A DNA stretch of 64,000 nt, taken from Eutreptiella sp. 'Long Island Sound 2002'. Taxonomy: Eukaryota > Protista > Euglenida. Positions 12,080-24,064 of the stretch are shown piece by piece. Under the pieces are notes generated by a model, which worked only from the letters and a program-made list of their open reading frames with translations, ran no database searches and was not told the origin of the DNA. Made by a program: the position numbers and the translations under genes. Location of the stretch: assembly GCA_964036045.1 (NCBI GenBank), contig OZ038378.1:198710001-198774000 (forward strand). Direction: 5' to 3'. Each line of letters begins with the position of its first letter. The stretch's first letter is position 1.

Positions 12080-12405
12080 CCCCCCAGGGCAGAAAGAATG
12101 GAGAGGGTGGTGAAGAAACTGGGCAGGGGGAAAGGGACGAACAAAGGGAGGTAACAGGACAGGGCAGACCGCACTCGCCGAAAACGGTGCAGAGTGCCGA
12201 AGGAGGAGAAGGAAAGGAAAAACAGGAAAGAATCATTGTGGTTGTTGGAAGCCCCTGTCAGGAAAATTATCCTGCAGATGCACACCCCAGCGCGCACAAG
12301 TCAGTGCTGGAGTCGGCAAACCCAGCATGGACTCGGAGTGTGCATCTGGATGCACCTTGTCAACGGCATGGGCAACAGCCCGTCTCCGGGACAGCCAAAA
12401 TGGTG
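12080..12405 (+). mobile_element. Dispersed repeat family D (gcatggactcggagtgtgcatctggatgcacc...cagcccgtctccgggacag)
   Basis: Further copies at about 30468-30690, 50710-50840 and 60958-61160 (+) and 62640-63120 (-). Confidence 0.8.
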
Positions 12406-14370
12406 CGTGTGACACAAATTTGTCCATGGATTGCCAGAATAAAAGGAAACTGAAGGCAAGACAGATGCAAAAAAAAATGCAAAAAAAACGCAAAAGATGC
12501 AAAAAAGACCCGCCTCCTTGAGATGCAAAAAAGTGCAAAAAAAACATTGCATCCCTCCTGCCCCTGGCTCGGGTGTGCCTCCGGGCAGTGTGTGTGGCTG
12601 TAGGGGTGTGGGGAGTGGGTATGCTACTGCATGGCCCTCCCCTTCGGAGACTCCCATATGGCCGGGGGTATGCAACCACTTGCGCCACTCCAATATGCAG
12701 GCCAAGAGAGCTGCGCAGGGTATGCAGGCCCTCGCTTCTGTCCGATCTGACGGAGCCGCGGCGGTTTGCGGGGGGAGTGGGGGGTCTAATGGAGACACAT
12801 CCCACCTCCTGTGCCGCCTGGCGCTGTGCAGGGGAGGCTGAGGCGGCGTTGCCTACACTGTTGGTTAGGGACTTGACTAGCGCTGCACTGCCACTCCGTA
12901 ATTGGGGGTTGACCGCGGGGGGCACTACCCTCTGGTGCTCAGGGGTAGCACAGTCGTACCCTCATGGGCCTGGGGTCTGTGCCAGTGGTCCCCCCTCGGG
13001 GCACGCCCCTCGGAATGCGTGCAGTCCTCCCCATTGTTGGACTAGCAGGCAGGGACCCCACTGTACTCGGCGGCAGAGCGGCCGTGCTGGTGCATCGGCG
13101 CGTATCGCTTGACGCAGGCCCATCACCCGGCGTCTGAGCTTGTGGAGGGGGAATGGGGGGTGCACCATCAAAGGGGAAGGGGGTGTTGCGGTTGGCGCTT
13201 TTGGTTGAAACCGCTCAGGCAGGGGTGGGGGACTGGCACCAAAGGCTGGTGACTGCCAGCGCCACACCCAGGACTCCGGGCCTCATGTGCAGTCCGCAGT
13301 ACTGCACTGCGCTGCTCCCGCCTGAGGGCGGTCTGGCGTGACCCACAAAGCAAAACCGCGCACCTGTACCGGGGCCATGACAGGACCCCCCGTGTGCCGT
13401 TGTGCCCTTGTGCCCTCCCCAGTGCAGTCCTTCGGGGCCCAGTGCGGTGGTGCGAATCGGTGTTTCCAGTTTGGCCAAGGAGCGTTCAACAAATGCGGCG
13501 CGCAGCCCACGTGTACAACTGGGCAAACGGATGCTCTCCACAACCCCAAATGAAGCGGTCCCCATCGTTGTACGTGGCTTGCCCTGTTGGGTGCTTTGGC
13601 TTTGGATATGATAGAATACCATGCTTTCTTCTGGGGCCAGAGTTCTTTCAAGATCCGCGTGAGGTGAGTCACGGTGACCGTTGGTGCTGCGTAATGCTGC
13701 ACCAAACAACGTTCATGAGCCCTCGTTCGATGCTTGAGAATGAAGGGAACGCAACATTTTTTAACGCCGAGCCCCCCTCCCCTGCCCCTTGAGAACAAAA
13801 AGAACCCTTCCAATGACCCCCCCAGTCCCTCCCAGTTGAGAACAAAGATACGTGCCCCGGGGGAGGCGAAGTGCCAGGGCGCCAGCCCCCAAAAGTCATG
13901 ATGGCAGCGGGTGGGGCAGTCCCAAATGGGAGATCTTCACGATGGCATCATGAGCGAGCTCCCCACTTCTCGCAAATTTTCAACTTGCCCCCTTCAGCCC
14001 CAACCCAATGGGTGGGCCACATACCCCCCATTCTAATGCAGGGGGTACCTGAGATACCCTGCAAGGGCAGCCAGGCCGTCCAGGCCACGGTGGGCGCTTC
14101 AGGACACCAACAAATCCCAATCCCAATCCCCAACGGGTCGAACAGCAGATACTCATGGGAAAAATGAATTACTTTACAGCCGAAGAACAATTGCAGTACA
14201 TGGGTCTCAGACCCGGCCCCTCACCCGAGTCCCTCTGTTCCAAAGGGCATTGGCGACGCCTCATCAATCCTCAACAGGCCTCAACATCCCTCCTGCACCC
14301 TCCACAATGGTCATGCCCCCCCCCCCCCTGGTCCACTTTGGCTGTACACTGCGCACTCGTGGTGTCGTAG

Positions 14371-14710
14371 GTATGTGTCCAAGGATGTGGTGCTGGCGGT
14401 GCTGGGGCTGAACGCCACCCACAAAGACATCCCGGACCGCGTCAAGTCGCTGTTCTGGTCCATCGCCTCGGAGCTGTACCTCTACCGCCCGCTGCACATC
14501 TCCACCGTCCTCGGGGGGCACAGCGCCGTCAAAGACTGCTCCCTGGACCCGGGGCTCGGCCCGACGCCCCGCCCGGCATCGGAGCCCGGAAGCTGCGAGG
14601 AAGCGGGATCGGAGTTCCTCTCGGCAATGAAGGTGGCGGCAATGGACTATCTGCAGAGTAACACGGAGCAGCACTTGGCCAACCCGGACCGCAATCACCT
14701 GACAAAACAG
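14371..14710 (+). CDS. ITPR: IP3R exon C: YVSKDVVLAVL...RNHLTKQ
   Basis: tag|G acceptor completes AAG codon; CAG|GTTTCG donor. Confidence 0.88.
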
Positions 14711-14944
14711 GTTTCGTGCCAAGCATATGGTGTCAGAATTATACCGTCCATCCCGTCTCTGACTCAGACCGCAAAGCGGCGAAATGTCTCAAATGTGGGG
14801 ATGAGGATTCCCAATTGGTTACGGAGAGATAATGGCTTCAGGATTACATGAATACCAGACATGCAGAGGCTGTAGCACTGACTTGGAGATGGCCATCAAA
14901 AACGTGATTCTGACCCGCTGGTCCTCTGGACCCGGAGGGGGGCA

Positions 14945-15120
14945 GAGGGAGTGGAGAGTTGTATGGGATTGTGGAGGGTTGTGGAAGATTCTGCTGCAGA
15001 GGGCTTTGGAGGGCTGTGGGGGGCTGTGGATGACTGTGGAGGGCTTCGGAGGGCTGTGGAGGGCTTCGGAGGGCTGTGGAGGGCTGTGGAGGGTTGTGGA
15101 GGGTTGTGCAGGGCTGTGGA
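14945..15120. repeat. Degenerate 10-bp minisatellite (ggagggctgt)
   Basis: Visible tandem array inside intron C-D. Confidence 0.8.
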
Positions 15121-15243
15121 CATGTGCCAGTGCAGGTGTGACGCATCACGTACCACCCTCTACGCCGTGGATATCGTCTCGTATTTATCTGTGCGGGCCT
15201 TCGCTGCCAATTCAATCGCGTGCTGCACTCGTCTGGCAAACAG

Positions 15244-15388
15244 GTCATCGAAGTGTGGCACCAGATCATTCGGTACTCCGAATGCAGCGTGCAGGAGCTG
15301 CAGGCCGTTGTGCTGGTGATGCTGGACCTGTTGGATGGAAATTCGGACATGATGTACTCCGCAGCCTCCTTCTGCTTGTCTGTGTCGG
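15244..15388 (+). CDS. ITPR: IP3R exon D: VIEVWHQIIRY...LDLLDGNSD
   Basis: cag|GTC acceptor; G|GTGTGA donor, phase 1 (3' end less certain). Confidence 0.75.
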
Positions 15389-15850
15389 GTGTGATGCCAT
15401 GCCCTGTGGCCCGTCGCAGCAGAGTGGCTGCGCGGCAGTGGGGATTGCGTAGGCGTGGATTCAAACCCAGGTTTCTACAATTTCGAACTTTAGGTCCGTG
15501 ACACTTTCGCAAAATTTTCAGTATGCAATGGACATATGATGCAGGCTGAACTAACCCCCCCCCCCCCCCCGACTGGGGGACCCCCCCCCTACTGGGGGAG
15601 TAGGGGGGGGGTCTGGGTGGGTGGGTGGGTGGGTCAGCTTGGGTGGGTGGGTGGCTTGGCCAGTCCTGAGGCAGCCCCAAAATGACCCCCCCCCCTCCCC
15701 CCCCAGTTGCTAAGCAAAGGTATGGGTGTGATGCCATGCCCTGTGGCCCGTCGCAGCAGAGTGGCAGCGCGGCGGTGGGGAAGGGCAGGGCGGAGCGCAG
15801 CAGTGCACAGGATCAATAAGGGTTGGCGAGAGTTGTGCAGCCCTGCACGG

Positions 15851-16154
15851 CACGGCTGTCCTTAAGAAGCCCTTTAAGGACCACCCTGAAGGACAGCCCG
15901 CGGAGACCACCAACCGCCAACCGCTGCCAACCAGCACCAACTGCCAACTGCCAACCGCCACCAACCACGAACTTGCAACCGCCAACCGCCGCCAACCGCC
16001 ACCAATCACCAACCGCCAACCGCCAGCTGCCGCCAACCGCCAACCTTTGAAGTAGAGAAGGTCCCATGACCGCGAAGCAGGTGGTGTCCCTCTGAACGTT
16101 CGTTCATGTTGGCGTTACGAAGGCTTTTTCGCTTTTCCCTCAAGGACAGCCCTG
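15851..16154. mobile_element. MITE family B (CAGGGCTGTCCTT-type TIR, ccaaccgc repeats)
   Basis: cacggctgtcctta ... caaggacagccctg; second copy at about 51517-51795. Confidence 0.75.
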
Positions 16155-16271
16155 CTCGTAAGCCCTCGGCCATTGTCTCTGGACTGAGGGACTAGTGCCA
16201 TGCACAGTCCAGTCCCGGTCTCGCGTGGTTGTGGCATGCGGCAGCCCATCGCCGGCCTCACACACGTTCAG

Positions 16272-16427
16272 GGACGCATGATGTGTTCGGGCGCCGGACG
16301 TCCAACAGCCAGCAAGTCAAAAAGTACACCGTCACAGAGGACAACCTGTACATCATCGAGTGCAAAATCGTCGTCTGCAGTCTGTTGTCCACCGTCTTGG
16401 ACATCGTGACCGAGGTATTGCAGTCGG
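16272..16427 (+). CDS. ITPR: IP3R exon E: THDVFG...NLYIIECKIVVCSLLSTVLDIVTEVLQS
   Basis: ttcag|GG acceptor, phase 1; G|GTAAGG donor, phase 1. Confidence 0.8.
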
Positions 16428-17613
16428 GTAAGGGCGTGTACCGGGGGGGGGGGGGGGTGTCGGGCGGGGGATAATTTCATGTCAGGATTTCGTCCTCAGG
16501 AAGGTGGCGAATTTTTCCCCTGCGAATTTTAGGGGTGTCGACAGGGCAGTGAAGATGCCAATGGCACTGCAGTCTGTGGGTCCATAGTCTTTTGGGGGCA
16601 ATGGTTTGGAGCAGCAGCTTCTTTCAGATGTTGTGAACTACTGCTGCCTTCATTGGTCATTTGATTTGTCTCACTCTGAACGGAGCATGGGCTTGTACGG
16701 TAGGGTGTGCGTGAGGCCCTCGGAACACTATGGCCCCGGAACACTATGCCCCCAGCAGTTGGGGCTTTCGGATTTCCAAGGGGGGCGAAATGTCCCCCCC
16801 CAAAATGTCCCCCGGCGAAATAATCCCTGTGCAACCCCCCCCCCCCCTCCCGTTTGCATCGGCGACCTCTTCCCTTGCCCAGTCCTCTGGTGGAGGGTTG
16901 TGGTGTGGACCACAGTGTCGCCATGACGCCGTGTCCAGTCACCAGAGTGTGACTGCCTCCATTCAGTGAAGTTGGGGACTGTTCCGACACGCGGCTCAGC
17001 TCTGGCAGTCTTTAAACCATGGGTCCTCCGCCTCCCCTGAGCTTAGGGATAGAACGTGGGCACGTCAGGCATCCCCACCGTGCCCCCGTCTTATTGCAGA
17101 CGTAGCCTCGCAACCGGTGCAATGCGGTTTCGTCCCTCTGACCGCCAGCGCGTTTTTCAGTGGACCGCTTCTTTGCGTCGGTTACCCTCCCGCTGCCGTT
17201 GGTTGCCCTTCAAGTGCCGCCCAATTGTGTGCTTGAATAGTGAGTTGGCTGCTGGACGGCCCGCACTTTTTTTTGTTTTGATTAAAAACGTCCTGCCGAC
17301 CACTTGTTGGTGTTGAAAAAATTCAGAAAAATGAAAAACAATGGGTGTTCAGCCGAGTGCCAGCGGACTGCTGCCGACTCCACGGCGTTCTACACCAAAA
17401 TCAGTGATCACTGGGGCGGGGGAAGGGCATGATGTGGGGGAGTGGGTGCTGTAATGCCGCCCGAACAGTTTGATCGTACCGAGGCCTTTGTAGGATGCTC
17501 CGTCTGATCTCTGCGATGATCCTGATCCCATTCTGCCGCCATGAAAGAGGGTTTGCGGACGTCAAATGATGCCGAAGGAACAGGGCATTGCAATCTCCTC
17601 AGCGCCTGTGCAG

Positions 17614-17669
17614 GGCAAATAAAAAGGTTCATGCAGAGCACCCCATCAATGGACGGTTTGGCCATCGCT
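17614..17669 (+). CDS. ITPR: IP3R micro-exon F: GQIKRFMQSTPSMDGLAIA
   Basis: tgcag|GG acceptor, phase 1; GCT|GTGGGT donor, phase 0; bridges the phases of E and G and aligns with the IP3R RLDYRISCLL segment. Confidence 0.6.
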
Positions 17670-17904
17670 GTGGGTATATGCTATCCTTTGATCATCTGCG
17701 AGAGTGTGATGACGAGTATTGTAACAGCAAATGAGGAACTTTGGGGGTCACAGAGGGTGCCAAAAGGAGTGGGCCGGCGGGTGTGGAAGTTAGGGGAGGG
17801 CTCATGAGGGCTGAAAGGGTTGCGAGGGTTGCTGGAGGTTGCAGAGGGTGTTTGCTGCGGCGAAGAAGATCTCGGTCTGTGGCCTGTACAGGATTACAGC
17901 TGCT

Positions 17905-18232
17905 TAACAGGTCTGGCCGGGTTAGGTTTATGGTGATGGTATGGTTAGAGGGAGGGCAAGGGGAGGTAAGCGGAGCCTGTGCCCCCCCGCCCCCCCACAA
18001 CACCCCAAATCGCCCCACCTGGACCCCCCCCCCCCAACCGACCCTCCCGGAGCCCCCCCCCCCAAGCCCCTCCTAGACCCCCCCCCCAAATCGCCCCCCC
18101 CCCCCCGAACCCCCCCCCCCAATCCCCCCCCCCCCCCCCCCCCCCCCCCAAGGGGCCTCCGGCCAACAGTTAGTTGGGGGGTAGTTGGCGTCCAGAACCG
18201 AGGGGTCGCCCCCCCCCCCCGTGGGGTCCGGC
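17905..18232. mobile_element. Partial MITE of family E
   Basis: Shares ggtgatggtatggttagagggagggcaagggg... with 48820-49000; ends cccccgtg. Confidence 0.65.
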
Positions 18233-18765
18233 AAGGCTCCCTCCGAACAGCCAACAGCAACAGCGAAAGTCGGAGGGTGTAGGCATGGGGAGAAGAGCAC
18301 GCACAGAGCTGCAGCAGCTACAGGGACCTGAGGCGGTGACCAGTACAAGCAGGAGAAGCAAGAGAAGGAGGGAGGAACGGAGGATTGGCAGCGATGGCCA
18401 TGCAACAGCCGCATGGCCGTGCAACCCGCATTAAGCTCCTACACCTCACCCTCATTGACCATGTCAGGGCCGCCATGTCGATCAGCCCCAGACATGCCAC
18501 TAGCGTCTGGCACGGAAACTGATTCTCAGTCGCAATCGGCCCCGCATCAAAGGCCACTCAGTAATACCCGCCTGGTGCACCACCAACACTCAGTAGGAAC
18601 GCACTGCGTCCAGTGTGCGGCTCAGTAGGACCCTGCTCCATCTGATCATGTCTGAGCTGGCAGACGCTAGGGCAAGTCTGATCAGCCCTTACCAGCGAGC
18701 CATGAACCCAATGGCTCGGAACAGCCATGCACATGAATGGAGTTGTCCCTTTGCCTCTACTGCAG

Positions 18766-19056
18766 GAGAAGGTGGACCAGATCGTGCGGCTTTTTGCAAA
18801 CGATACCCTGAGCCTTCCCGAGCCTTCCGCCATCATAACCTTCATCCGGGACTCCCCCATGACCCCAGTCTTTACGACCCTGGAAGCGAGGCTGGTGACT
18901 GTGCTCAGGGACTTCCTGATGTATCCGTACCCGCAGCTCGTCTCCAGCGCTTTGTCGCTCATCTTCCGGCTCGAGTCCATTAAATCGGAGGTCAGTGGCC
19001 TACTTCAAGAGTTGCAGCTTCTGCAGTCCCCCACCCGAATGGAATTCTATCATCAG
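18766..19056 (+). CDS. ITPR: IP3R exon G: EKVDQ...FLMYPYPQLVSSALSLIFR...EFYHQ
   Basis: tgcag|GAG acceptor; CAG|GTGCCG donor; resembles IP3R MHDYPPLVSGALQLLFR. Confidence 0.9.
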
Positions 19057-22000
19057 GTGCCGCTGGGTGTTGCATGGGGATGGGTTGCAGTGGGGTCTGT
19101 GGTGGTGTGGGGGCACTAATGGATGGCAATGGGTTCTGGGTTCTGCGGTTGCTCCCGTGAGACAACCATGGGACAACTTGGTCTGTTTACAAAAGGGGTG
19201 ATGGTATTGCAATCAGTCAAGGTAGTCAAGGCGGGGTTGGCGTGAGAGTAAATGAAGGTAGCGTGACCAGAATGGGATTGCGAGACGCCTTGCCCCAAGT
19301 TTTTCCGGAACTAAAGGCGGGTGTGGAGGTTGGGGTGACACAAACATCTGGTTTTGACACTGAAAAGATTGAATTGTCTGTATTGGGGGTTAAAGAGCAT
19401 CATCTTGAGAAACCCAAGAAATGGACCAAGAGAGACATGGTTACGAGTGAACTACATCAGTTGTTGGCCAAGACCAGAGCGCGGGACGTCTGAAGGTGCA
19501 GTGGGGCGCTGAAGGGGCGCTGCGGGCAATTGCGTGGTGCCCAAGAGGCGGCAGGAGCAGTCCTGAATGAGCTCCCGGAGCGGCTGTGGGGGCGGCGTAG
19601 GCGGTGCGCCCCCAGCTGCAGCCCCCGACACCCTCCCTCCCCCCCCCCACCCTGTGGGCCAGAAGCCCCGGACGTGATGCCGACCAGGGTCCCCAAGTAG
19701 CGTGGGTATGGAAACTTCACCCGCCGGTCTCGGACTGGGTCAGTGGTGGTTTGCGTGGCTCCGAGTCCAGCGCGCGGCAGCCTGTGGCACAAGCCGCTGA
19801 CACATAGGGTCGGCCTGGCGACGTGTCTGGCAGGTGTTGGACACACTCCCATCCCATCCCATCCCCCCACCCTCCAGGGGGCCAGGTTTGGCCTCGAGAA
19901 TAAAGATGCACTTCTGCCTTCCAAAGGCCCCCAAAGGCACTCGTGGTTGGGGCCTAACGTATGCCGTGCCAATATCGATGCCAACAATGCACTGCCCTCG
20001 CCTATCCCTGGAATTAGCACCCCCCCCCCCTCTCCCTTTGTGCAAGCAACCCCCCCCCCCCCCCGAGCCCCTGGTCAACCCCTTCCCCCCTCTTTTGAGG
20101 CCCTTATTGAAGCCCCCTCGACCTTTACCCCCCATACCTCTGGTTTGCATTTGTCTGTTTCTGTTTTCTATTTAGGTCCCCCCCTCCCCCCTCAGGGGGC
20201 CAAAATGTTTAGGGGGTGGCGGGGTCGAGGGCTGCACCTGCCCGCCCCCCATGGGTCGTCCGGTCCTGCAAAGTGAGTTATCTTCCCCGGCCTCCACCGG
20301 CCAATCGGCGGTGACCCGCCGCAAGGCGAGGGGCGTGGTCCAGTACGGTAAGCACTTCCAGCGAGTGCACAGAGCACAGATCTTCCGGGGGCCAAGGGAC
20401 TGCGAGGCGAGGCCCCGAGGCCAGTGCAGTACGGATTCATAGCGAGTGTGCATCTGTGGACCCTCCTCCATGTGCCCCCACCACCGCAAAAAAAACTCTC
20501 TACAATACAACATCTCACTCCCAAAACCCCTTAACAAGCTTCCTCTGGATAAGGGTGCATGTTCATCTGCCAACTGCAATAGTAACCTGAATTCTTTGTT
20601 CTTTGTGACAAGCACGAATAACATTTAGGTGGCATCACTGCCACCACACAAACGAGTACATACACATGCACGCGTGCGCGGCGACCAGCGGTGCTGGCAG
20701 AGGACTCATGCGCACGCCGGTCAAGGGGGGAAAGGGTTCAAGCTCCATGCTGCCCTTGGCAACAAGAGACTGAAGGAAACAAGCGGCAATGGTGCAGTGT
20801 GGGGCACGTTCCACTCTCGCCCACGCAGCTGCTCCACGGCAGCTTGCTCCCCTACACCTTTCTGGTTAGCCCACCTACCAGGCTATTGCTTCAGGAGAAC
20901 CCCCAACCCCCCAACCCCGGGGGGTGTGGGTGGGTGGGTCAGGGGCCAAAAAAAAGTTTGTGTACCTAAAATCAGCCTCAAAATTCCGGCCCCTTTGATA
21001 CGTTTCATTTTTTGCCGGAGGAAAATTCTTCTGATGTGGGTGGGTGGGACAGTGGGCCGGGGTTGGCCAGGGCCCCAAACGCCCCCCCCCCCCCCCCGGT
21101 CCACTCTGTCGGCCCAAATTTCAGCCACCACAAAGCGAGGGTGCAGGCCGTGGGCTGGTTCCTCTTGGGAACCAGGAAACAGGGGAGCAGACCTTTTGCT
21201 GCCCCCACCCCCCCCAACAGAAATGGGGCCGGACCGAAAGCAGGCCCAGCACCCCCCCCCCCCCCCCCGCATGCCCTCGCACCCTCACTGCAGGCCGTCA
21301 CATGGTGATCGAGGTCCCTCAGGGAGCGGACTCCGAGCGACAAGTATGTTGGGATCTGGGACCCGCATGGTAACCCAGCAGGTGGTCCTCCTCTCCCACA
21401 CAAGTGAACAGGTAGACCCATCCACCACCCTACCCCCCCCCCCCCCCCCAGCCTGCGCCCCCGACGGGAGGGGTGCACGGAGTCGGCGCCCTCAGGGCCT
21501 AAAAGTGGAGGCTGTGAAGGGCTCACAGCTTGACCGCTGTGGGTATCCCTTGAGCGGCCTGCCCAGGGAACCTCCAGGTGTGCACGTGCCCCTCCAACTT
21601 CATCACAGACGCCTAGGCCAGCACAGCCCCGTGCACTCCAGTGCAGTTGTGGGTGACCCCTGGAGGCCAGACAGCCACCAGCCGACCCCTGCCCCCCCCC
21701 CCCCCCTTCCTCAACGGAGAGGCCATTCGGGTGTGGTGCCCTCTGGGCCCCCTCGTCTACGCGGGCTGTAGCGCCGCAGCCAGTGCAGCCAGCACTGGTG
21801 GCACCCAGGGCAGGGAAGCACACTCTGTGCCCTGGTGCCCCTCCATCTGCCCAGGGTACGCCCTCGGCCGTGGGAGCCGGACCCAGCCCGCGAGGCAGCA
21901 CCACCTGTGCCTAAGGCAGTCAAGGAGTGCGGGTCTGACCCCAGTCGTGCCACGTACCACCGCCTTCCCGTGCCAATAGGCAGTCGTGGAGTGGTTGGGT

Positions 22001-22734
22001 AGCATGTCCTTGTGACGTGGAGGTTGCGAGCCCAGGCCCACATCTCCCCCGGCGGGCTCAGCGTCAGGCTCTCCAGCCTCCCTGCCGGGGCCTGGAGCAC
22101 CAGGCACACACTTCCCCGCGCCAACGCCGAACAACAATGGAGCAAGCAGGTGTGCCACAGCCCTCCCCCCCCCCCCTCAGACACACAAGGGCACATACAC
22201 ACAGGCACGGCGGCATCTCCCGCCCGCGAGCGCCACCGCGGGGTCTGGGGGCGGTCAACAGTCCGGTAGGCCTTGTGACCGGACACCCGGGTACGGCCGC
22301 CCAGTCGGGTCCCGCAGGGAAGGCGGCGCGGACCGTGGGTAGGCGACCAGGCGAGGCCTTGACCCAACCCAACCCAACCCCCCCCGGTCCTTAAGCAGTA
22401 GCAGACCAGGCCCTTGGGCAGAAAAGGAAGGAGCGTGGAGGCTATAGACACATCCATGGGAAGCCCACGACGATGGAGATCGAAAAGCATATTAAAGCTG
22501 GGCTCGTCGCGAGGCAGGTAGGCCATATGCGGACTGGCCATTTGCAGCAGCACCAGCATATTCATGCACAGACCACAAGAGGAATGGTAAAATTGCGGCT
22601 GGGCTGATGCCTCACGCCACGGGGGGGACGTCTCCTCGGTCCCGGTACGCGACCCCCCCCCCCCCTCCGGGCCCACTTAGCTACCAAGGGTCAATGGCTA
22701 CTGGCCATACATAGGGTGGCGCCGAAGGTGCCCG

Positions 22735-23375
22735 AAAATTTTGTCCCCTTTGTTGGGGACCCCCGAGAATGCAGGGTTGACGTAGCATTTCCGCCCTCTT
22801 TTGGGTCCCAACCTTCTGGTGCTATTGAGGAAACCGGGACAATCTTTGAATCCACGCTTTGTTGCGTGGAGCATCATGGTGACCCTTGGCGTAGGTTTAA
22901 CTTCTGATTTTGTCCCCTTTGTTGGGGACCCCTGAGAATGCAGGGGTGACGTAGCATTTCCGCCCTCTTTTGGGCCCCAACCTTCCGGTGCTATTGAGGA
23001 AACCGGAGCAATCTTTGAATCCACGCTTTGTTGCGTGGAGCATCATGGTGACCCTTAGCGTAGGTTTTGACTTCTGATTTTGTCCCCTTTGTTGGGGACC
23101 CCTGAGAATGCAGGGGTGACGTAGCATTTCCGCCCTCTTTTGGGCCCCAACCTTCCGGTGCTATTGAGGAAACCGGAACAATCTTTGAATCCACGCTTTG
23201 TTGCGTGGAGCATCATGGTGACCCTTAGCGTAGGTTTTGACTTCTGATTTTGTCCCCTTTGTTGGGGACCCCCGAGAATGCGGGTGATGTAGCATTTCCG
23301 CCCTCTTTTGGGCCCCAACCTTCCGGTGCTATTGAGGAAACCGGGACAATCTTTGAATCCGCGCTTTGTTGCGTG
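22735..23375. repeat. 170-bp hairpin-rich tandem repeat, about 3.7 copies
   Basis: ttgtcccctttgttgggga at 22741, 22910, 23080 and 23250. Confidence 0.9.
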
Positions 23376-23548
23376 GCCCCTCGAGTTGGGGTTAGGGACT
23401 CACAATCCACGCTTTGTTGCGTGGCCCCTCGAGTTGGGGTTAGGGACTCACAATCCACGCTTTTTTGCGTGGCCCCTCGAGTTGGGGTTAGGGATTCACA
23501 ATCCACGCTTTTTTGCGTGGCCCCTCGAGTTGGGGTTAGGGACTCACA
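23357..23548. repeat. 48-bp tandem repeat x4 (also about x5 at 62438-62650)
   Basis: atccacgctttgttgcgtggcccctcgagttggggttagggactcaca; period 48 (23405, 23453, 23501). Confidence 0.9.
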
Positions 23549-23557
23549 AACTGGCCG

Positions 23558-24064
23558 ATGCACTGCACCTTGTGTAAGGCCACCGTGTGGTTGTACGGCA
23601 TGAAGATGCACTTCGATGCAAAGCATCCCGATGTCGCTCCCCCCGCCACCCTTTGTGCCCCAACCTCAGAGCGGGACGTTGTCCTCGCTTGGACTGCGCA
23701 TGATGAGAAGAAAGAGAAGAAAAAAGCAGCAGATGATGCGCAGCAGAACGAGGAGGTGGATGTGGCAATGGGCCCGCCTTCGGCAAACCCCCCTACCAAT
23801 GTTGCGGACCCCTCTAACTCCTCCTCCTCCTCCTCCTCCTCCTCCTCCTCCTCCTCCTCCTCCTCCTCCTCCTCTTCCTCCTCCTCCTCCTCCTCCTCTT
23901 CCTCCTCCTCCACTGAGGCATCATCAGGTGCGGAACGCTCACGCCCTTTGGAGAGTGTAGGGCAGCGCAGGAAAATGGACTTATCATGGACAAGGCCCCG
24001 AAAGCGGCGGAATACAAATGTCTCCGATTCCGACTCGTCGTCGGAGGGAGAACTTTTTAAGTGA
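23558..24064 (+). pseudogene. Transposon-like ORF remnant: C2H2/BED-like Zn finger plus (TCC)n poly-Ser
   Basis: CTLCKATVWLYGMKMHFDAKH; (TCC)n at 23819-23910; followed by tacggcgaaggaaaaaaa repeats at 24105-24280. Confidence 0.5.

Noticed and set aside
13390-14330. Faint resemblance to a C5 DNA methyltransferase (NYFTAEEQLQYMG)
   Set aside because: Motifs I, IV and VI were not convincingly found; a profile search would be needed.
15340-16285. Non-conventional splice using the CATGATGT repeat, or GAT G|GA, between exons D and E
   Set aside because: The repeat is out of frame between the two exons, and a canonical in-phase GT-AG pair exists.
17928-18282. Pro/Gly-rich ORFs here and in similar tracts (for example 48738-49099 and 58826-59243)
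   Set aside because: They are translations of poly-C/G MITE interiors and decamer arrays.
19242-19493. 83-aa ORF with protein-like composition
   Set aside because: No recognisable motif and not needed in the gene model; probably a retroelement scrap.
21294-21346. Possible small exon RHMVIEVPQGADSERQ with a GTATGT donor
   Set aside because: Its phase does not fit the exon G donor, and G-H align directly to IP3R.
23385-23545. Telomeric TTAGGG repeats
   Set aside because: Only one GGGTTAGGG per 48-bp unit; not a telomere tract.
22735-23548. CRISPR-like array
   Set aside because: The units are contiguous tandem repeats with no unique spacers, there are no cas genes, and the DNA is eukaryotic.
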